In this document: piece by piece, positions 57,009 through 61,111 of the stretch
Layout of the letters: each line of letters starts with the position of its first letter
Position numbering within the stretch: position 1 is the first letter of the stretch
IMG/VR virus record: IMGVR_UViG_3300011436_000001
Coordinates: 1-61,111 of that record
Strand: one strand, 5' to 3'
DNA: 61,111 nt
From: a virus
Taxonomy: Duplodnaviria > Caudoviricetes
Translations under genes and position numbers: made by a program
Notes under the pieces: generated by a model
The model's database searches: none
The model's input: the letters and a program-made list of their open reading frames with translations, nothing else
Told to the model about the DNA's origin: nothing

Positions 57009-57187
57009 GCCTTTCTGCGAACCACTGTTTGAAGTTGGTAGTGCAGTCGCACATAATTTCCAACGCACCATTCCATCCCCACCACGCGCAACAGCGCGAC
57101 TACGTCCTCGATGGTAATGTGTACATGGAAACGATGCGCGGCTTCGGCCCCACATCCATCCCCTTCCCCATCTATGTGTTTTCGCAT
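57005..57187 (-). CDS. Small protein, weak EDNxL motif match
   Basis: ITIEDVVALL; lies within the family cluster. Confidence 0.45.
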   Translation of the reverse strand: MRKHIDGEGDGCGAEAAHRFHVHITIEDVVALLRVVGMEWCVGNYVRLHYQLQTVVRRKA

Positions 57188-57208
57188 GTTATGCCGATAT
57201 ATGCTGGA

Positions 57209-57490
57209 TTAGTCTTTCCATGATCCGCTGGTCTGCACACGGGGCAGCGTTGCAAGCTGACTGTCCGCAACGGTTCCTGGCCCTAATGGAAAAGCTTGGT
57301 TATATGCCGGGTACTTATTCCTGCCGGGAAATGTCCTGTCGTATAGATCGAGAAGTGCCGTCATCGTGCTGCACCATCTCGATAGGTCCACATCATCGAG
57401 CTTGCTTTCCAGCATCAACTCATACCCATAAAGCCCGATGAGCCAGCGCTGCGGATCGTGTGGTTTCACGGGCTCATAAAATCGCTTCAT
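57209..57490 (-). CDS. Small protein, EDNxL motif family
   Basis: SKLDDVDLSRWCSTM. Confidence 0.6.
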   Translation of the reverse strand: MKRFYEPVKPHDPQRWLIGLYGYELMLESKLDDVDLSRWCSTMTALLDLYDRTFPGRNKYPAYNQAFPLGPGTVADSQLATLPRVQTSGSWKD

Positions 57491-57500
57491 GTTGCTCTTC

Positions 57501-57686
57501 TCAGCCAATCCGGTTTCTCCTAATTCCGACGACAAAATCCCTGCTGTACACTACCAGGATTGCTTCCATCGTGGCGCACCATTCCCCCAAAGCACGATCA
57601 TCAAGAGGAAACCCCATCAAATGATTGTATCCGACGATAGACGCGAACCAGCGGGACGCTTCAGTATCTCGCACTAAACCAGCCAA
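57501..57686 (-). CDS. Small protein, EDNxL motif family
   Basis: FPLDDRALGEWCATME. Confidence 0.6.
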   Translation of the reverse strand: MAGLVRDTEASRWFASIVGYNHLMGFPLDDRALGEWCATMEAILVVYSRDFVVGIRRNRIG

Positions 57687-57892
57687 TCTTTCTTCTCCCG
57701 TGGCGCATTACCGCCGGAAAGCTGCCGCAAGGTAAATCCAAACTCTTTGGCACGGGTTCCCGTTGTGTGCGCCCATCTTCGCAATATGGTGATCGTGTTG
57801 TCGTCAACCTCACCCTCGCTCAATCTGGTGAAGCTGAAAGTCCGCCGCCACTTGCGGTAATCCTCTTCAACGCTGTCTGCCTGTTTCTTCAT
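57674..57892 (-). CDS. Small protein, EDNxL motif family
   Basis: GEVDDNTITIL. Confidence 0.55.
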   Translation of the reverse strand: MKKQADSVEEDYRKWRRTFSFTRLSEGEVDDNTITILRRWAHTTGTRAKEFGFTLRQLSGGNAPREKKDWLV

Positions 57893-58071
57893 GACCTGAT
57901 GTACTTGTAGCGGTAAATCTGTGTCCCCTCCATCGCGTCTCTCGCATGCGTCGGGATCGGCATCAATTCAACAACCCAAAACAGTAAGGTGTTGTCGCAT
58001 AGCTCCGTTTCGCGAAAACCTTTCAGTATCAACGTGTACTCGTTCCAATCGTCATTCGGTCGGGGCTTCAT
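57889..58071 (-). CDS. Small protein, EDNxL motif family
   Basis: TELCDNTLLFWV. Confidence 0.6.
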   Translation of the reverse strand: MKPRPNDDWNEYTLILKGFRETELCDNTLLFWVVELMPIPTHARDAMEGTQIYRYKYIRS

Positions 58072-58241
58072 CCGGGGCTTTTCTTCGCTCTCGCTGCGAA
58101 TGCCATATCCTCACATCGCAAAACTGCCGTGATCCATAATTCTAACACGTTGTCCTCAAGATCGATGGTGCCTGACTGCCGCCATGAACTGAAATCCAGC
58201 GTGTACTTGTCTACCCCAACCTCTTGCACGCGCGGGTTCAC
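58068..58241 (-). CDS. Small protein, EDNxL motif family (57 aa, not in ORF track)
   Basis: GTG start in a GTGA overlap; LDFSSWRQSGTIDLEDNVLELWITAV. Confidence 0.65.
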   Translation of the reverse strand: MNPRVQEVGVDKYTLDFSSWRQSGTIDLEDNVLELWITAVLRCEDMAFAARAKKSPG

Positions 58242-58429
58242 TTTTTCAGCACTGTAGATACAATGGCGTACGCAACCTGCTTACGCAGTTGATAAACCGC
58301 GTTGATCCAGATTTCCAATTCGCTATCGGACAGCGGAACAGCGCCTTCGCAGTGCCACGCGCTGAAATCGACCTTCGGCGTAAACATGGGTGCGATACGC
58401 GGGTTCATCGATCTGTCTCTGATTTCCAA
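58238..58429 (-). CDS. Small protein, EDNxL motif family
   Basis: VDFSAWHCEGAVPLSDSELEIWINAV. Confidence 0.6.
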   Translation of the reverse strand: MEIRDRSMNPRIAPMFTPKVDFSAWHCEGAVPLSDSELEIWINAVYQLRKQVAYAIVSTVLKK

Positions 58430-58632
58430 ACATCATGGAACCGCAACGCCCGCACCATATTGTGTACAACCCTGCACCAGAACACCAACTCATTATCCTC
58501 TATGGCCGCGCGGTCCAGCCATTTATTCAAAGTCGCCAAGCTCTGATCGCCTCCAAAACTACCAGCCTCGGCCAACAGGCGCACCAGATCGTCTCTATTC
58601 TCGCGTGGGCCGGGACGTGTACGCGGGTTCAT
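58405..58632 (-). CDS. Small protein, EDNxL motif family
   Basis: AAIEDNELVFWC. Confidence 0.6.
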   Translation of the reverse strand: MNPRTRPGPRENRDDLVRLLAEAGSFGGDQSLATLNKWLDRAAIEDNELVFWCRVVHNMVRALRFHDVWKSETDR

Positions 58633-58847
58633 CGGTCATCCCAATGCTTGCCAACGCGGCGCTCGATAGCCGCTGGCAACAGCTTCACCATCATGCACCA
58701 GCTTTCCAATTCGCCGTCCTCCAACGGCTTTCCCGTTAACCAATGATGCGCGGCCCGCAGACTAAGCGAAATGTCAATGGCTTCGTACATGATGCGCGCC
58801 AGCGCTCCCTCGACCTTGCAGACACCTTCCTTCTTTGTTGGCTTCAT
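58629..58847 (-). CDS. Small protein, EDNxL motif family
   Basis: KPLEDGELESWC. Confidence 0.6.
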   Translation of the reverse strand: MKPTKKEGVCKVEGALARIMYEAIDISLSLRAAHHWLTGKPLEDGELESWCMMVKLLPAAIERRVGKHWDDR

Positions 58848-59026
58848 TGCCTTACCACAACCACCCGGCTCCGCCCTTCGTATTCGAGCTTGTCATTATC
58901 TTCGAGCACAAAGAAAATCTCGTTGATCCACAGCCGCAGCCAGCGATCCTCTATCGGGCGATCCTTCGCACCATCGCTAAGGAAGTACACTACATCGCTA
59001 TCATTGAATTTAACGCGCGGCTTCAT
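58844..59026 (-). CDS. Small protein, EDNxL motif family
   Basis: RPIEDRWLRLWI. Confidence 0.6.
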   Translation of the reverse strand: MKPRVKFNDSDVVYFLSDGAKDRPIEDRWLRLWINEIFFVLEDNDKLEYEGRSRVVVVRQ

Positions 59027-59205
59027 GATCGTGACGTGGCCTCGATATTGAGTATCTGCAACGCCCGCAGCATCGGCAGCAAATTATCTAAGCTGGCATC
59101 CTCAATGTCCCGGCTCGACAAGATTTTCCATATTGCCTGCGCCGTTGGGTGTGCCAACGGTTCCGGTCGGGCAATGGTGATGACAATAGTGCCTGTTTGC
59201 CACAT
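59023..59205 (-). CDS. Small protein, EDNxL motif family (first gene of the operon)
   Basis: RDIEDASLDNLL; ATG lies 6 nt after TATAAT. Confidence 0.6.
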   Translation of the reverse strand: MWQTGTIVITIARPEPLAHPTAQAIWKILSSRDIEDASLDNLLPMLRALQILNIEATSRS

Positions 59206-59211
59206 ACCTCG

Positions 59212-59221
59212 ATTATACAAT
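59212..59221 (-). promoter_or_regulatory. ATTGTATAAT promoter-like motif heading the EDNxL operon
   Basis: Sits inside the palindrome CTCGATT-GTAT-AATCGAG, just downstream of a terminator. Confidence 0.6.
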
Positions 59222-59228
59222 CGAGCAC

Positions 59229-59263
59229 AAAAAGGGGGCCGGGCAGACTTGCCACCCGGCCCC
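59229..59263 (-). terminator. Rho-independent terminator
   Basis: GGGGCCGGG...CCCGGCCCC followed by CUUUUU. Confidence 0.65.
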
Positions 59264-59716
59264 ATCAAGTTTTGCCCCCGGCGCGCCAGGGAAGAAAGCA
59301 GCGCTGCACAAGGGCAACGCAGTGGTCGATCTGCGCCTAGTTAGTCTGCCATAAAGCGATTGCTGAAACGATGAAGGCGCGACCGCCTTACACAGCCGCG
59401 CCTTCGTATTTAGGGGGTCGGACAGGAAAACTAGATCATGCACCACCTCCATCTTTGTTGATGGAAAAACGGTTCAAACAGTCCCAGAGTGCTGAACTCT
59501 ATCACGTCAAAAAGATTTTTGCTAGCACCACGATGATGAAGGCAAGAACGAAACCGCCAGCACGCGCGCCGTACAGCCACCAGTAGTACTCCCGCATCAG
59601 CTTGTCGGGCAGCGCCCACGGTTTCGCGATGGTGAAAACCCTGCGCCGTGCTTTGATGATGTAATGCTGCGATCCGTTGAAAATGTGTACGTCAATCCAG
59701 CTAACCAGTGACATCG

Positions 59717-60109
59717 CTAGTTCCCCAGCAGTTGGTCCAATTCTATTTGGTAGTCCTGCTGATCTTTCTCCAAGCGAAGCCATTCGTCAATGAGCCAGGG
59801 CTGCACATCGGGGCAGCCGCATGTCGTCTTCTGCCGCTCTTGCTCGCGTAGGTTTTCATAGATCGCTTTTTGTGTACGCAATAGCAGATCGTTCAACAAC
59901 AGCGATTTGGTTTCTGTGGTCTGTTCTTGAACCTGTGCCAGCTTGATCTCTGCCTTGGCCGCCGATGCCCCGACTTCGGCCCGCACCTCGCCGATGGTGG
60001 CCGGTCGCCATTCCAGGCTTTGCCATGCTGTGATCACCGCAAAAATGGATACCAACGTGCCAGCGACGCCGCCGATCCCGACCCAAACCTTGGTTGGCGT
60101 GATCTCCAT
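59717..60109 (-). CDS. Membrane-anchored coiled-coil protein
   Basis: N-terminal TM then coiled coil; TGCTATGAT box ends 6 nt before ATG. Confidence 0.6.
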   Translation of the reverse strand: MEITPTKVWVGIGGVAGTLVSIFAVITAWQSLEWRPATIGEVRAEVGASAAKAEIKLAQVQEQTTETKSLLLNDLLLRTQKAIYENLREQERQKTTCGCPDVQPWLIDEWLRLEKDQQDYQIELDQLLGN

Positions 60110-60438
60110 TCGCCAATCATAGCAAGCGGCCCGGCCTTAATCGCGTCTTAGATGTTCCACCTCTGTTCTGGTGCCATTTTCTCAACACCTCCCCAGGAAC
60201 CTTTCCAGACCAACCGCCTGCGCCAGCGGGCTCAGGATTAGGGCGGGGACCGTTCCCGCTACCTCCATGACCAGGAACACAGCGCTCACCAGCGGCCCGG
60301 AAATCGCCTCGGGGCTCCCTGTGGTTCTACAAAGCAATTTGGGGAACGGTCACCAGAAGAAAGCCAGCGCCAACAGCCCCAACATGACCAGATACACCAG
60401 GGCGGTCAGAAGTTGCGTCGCTTCTGGCCGGGGCAGTC

Positions 60439-61111
60439 TCAGGTTATCCACCCTTCCATGATCAGCCGGAAGATCAACAGCGGGCTCCCGCCGTGCTTCT
60501 GTGAGAAGGTCATCTTCGCGGCTTCGAACGCGGCTTCATGCGCTGGCCCGTTGATCGTCTGCCGATTGAGATGCTGGATCACCACACGGCAGTTGCGATA
60601 GCTGCGCTTTCCATTTGAGTACATGCGCATCATCATATCGCTATCAGCGAACGATGCCGGAAAATTGTCGGCGTCGAAATTCTCGCCCGTCTTGAACATC
60701 ATGAAAGGACCATAGAGCCCTTCAAGGATGAGCGGCTTGCCAAAGAACTGCGCTAGCGGCGTGTTCATCAGATCAGCCGACGCCAACGTAGCGATCCCAC
60801 AATCGTCTATAGCGAAACATTCCAACAAAGCCTCTGCCCACTCATCGCGAACGAAAACATCGTTCCCCATGTATAGCGTGTACTCTGCGCTTGCTACTGC
60901 AAGCCCGGCGTTGATGTCCGCCGTCGAGTTGCCAGCGGCGGGGCGGCGAATAACACGATCAGCCTTCGGCCATTGAAGATCACTGTGCTTCCCAATGCTG
61001 CTATCGACAATGATCAATTCAAAAGGCACGTCGGTCGTGCAAAGCATGCTGTCGATGCAGCACTGTGTCATCGGCACTTGCCAATCATGGCTGATCAAAA
61101 CAGGTAAAACA
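60439..61111 (-). CDS. Glycosyltransferase family 2 (5' end probably outside the window)
   Basis: FELIIVD, N.GL..A..EY....NDVFV...W, F.D.D...R...G and H motifs. Confidence 0.8.
   Translation of the reverse strand, partial: VLPVLISHDWQVPMTQCCIDSMLCTTDVPFELIIVDSSIGKHSDLQWPKADRVIRRPAAGNSTADINAGLAVASAEYTLYMGNDVFVRDEWAEALLECFAIDDCGIATLASADLMNTPLAQFFGKPLILEGLYGPFMMFKTGENFDADNFPASFADSDMMMRMYSNGKRSYRNCRVVIQHLNRQTINGPAHEAAFEAAKMTFSQKHGGSPLLIFRLIMEGWIT

Overview
About 61 kb of a tailed dsDNA phage (siphovirus-like), with essentially all credible genes on the minus strand. The host is probably alphaproteobacterial (GcrA-like HTH, apparent GANTC avoidance, spanins). In transcription order (right to left): a truncated GT2 glycosyltransferase; about 27 kb of densely packed small accessory ORFs (33-60 kb); a putative head-fibre module with a 22-aa-repeat protein; a Mu-like protease/scaffold, decoration protein and major capsid; a GT4-methyltransferase-GT2 fusion; neck and tail genes with a -1 frameshift chaperone, tape measure and tail tip; three paralogous receptor-binding fibres; a GH108 lysis cassette; and a ManC-like nucleotidyltransferase. 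No terminase, portal, integrase or replication gene is recognisable in the window. The most unusual signals are: (1) about 22 tiny, mostly translationally coupled ORFs sharing a [ILV]-[EDS]-D-[NSG]-x-L-x-x-W motif; (2) a Ro60/Rsr gene preceded by three tandem Y-RNA-like genes, one containing a complete circularly permuted tRNA with an Ala-type G3:U70 acceptor and an intact UGU anticodon arm; (3) an atypical UCA-anticodon tRNA-like gene; (4) a 154-nt structured intergenic RNA with twin AAGCUGC loops; and (5) a Tad1-like sponge candidate. All family calls come from motif recognition by eye, not database searches.
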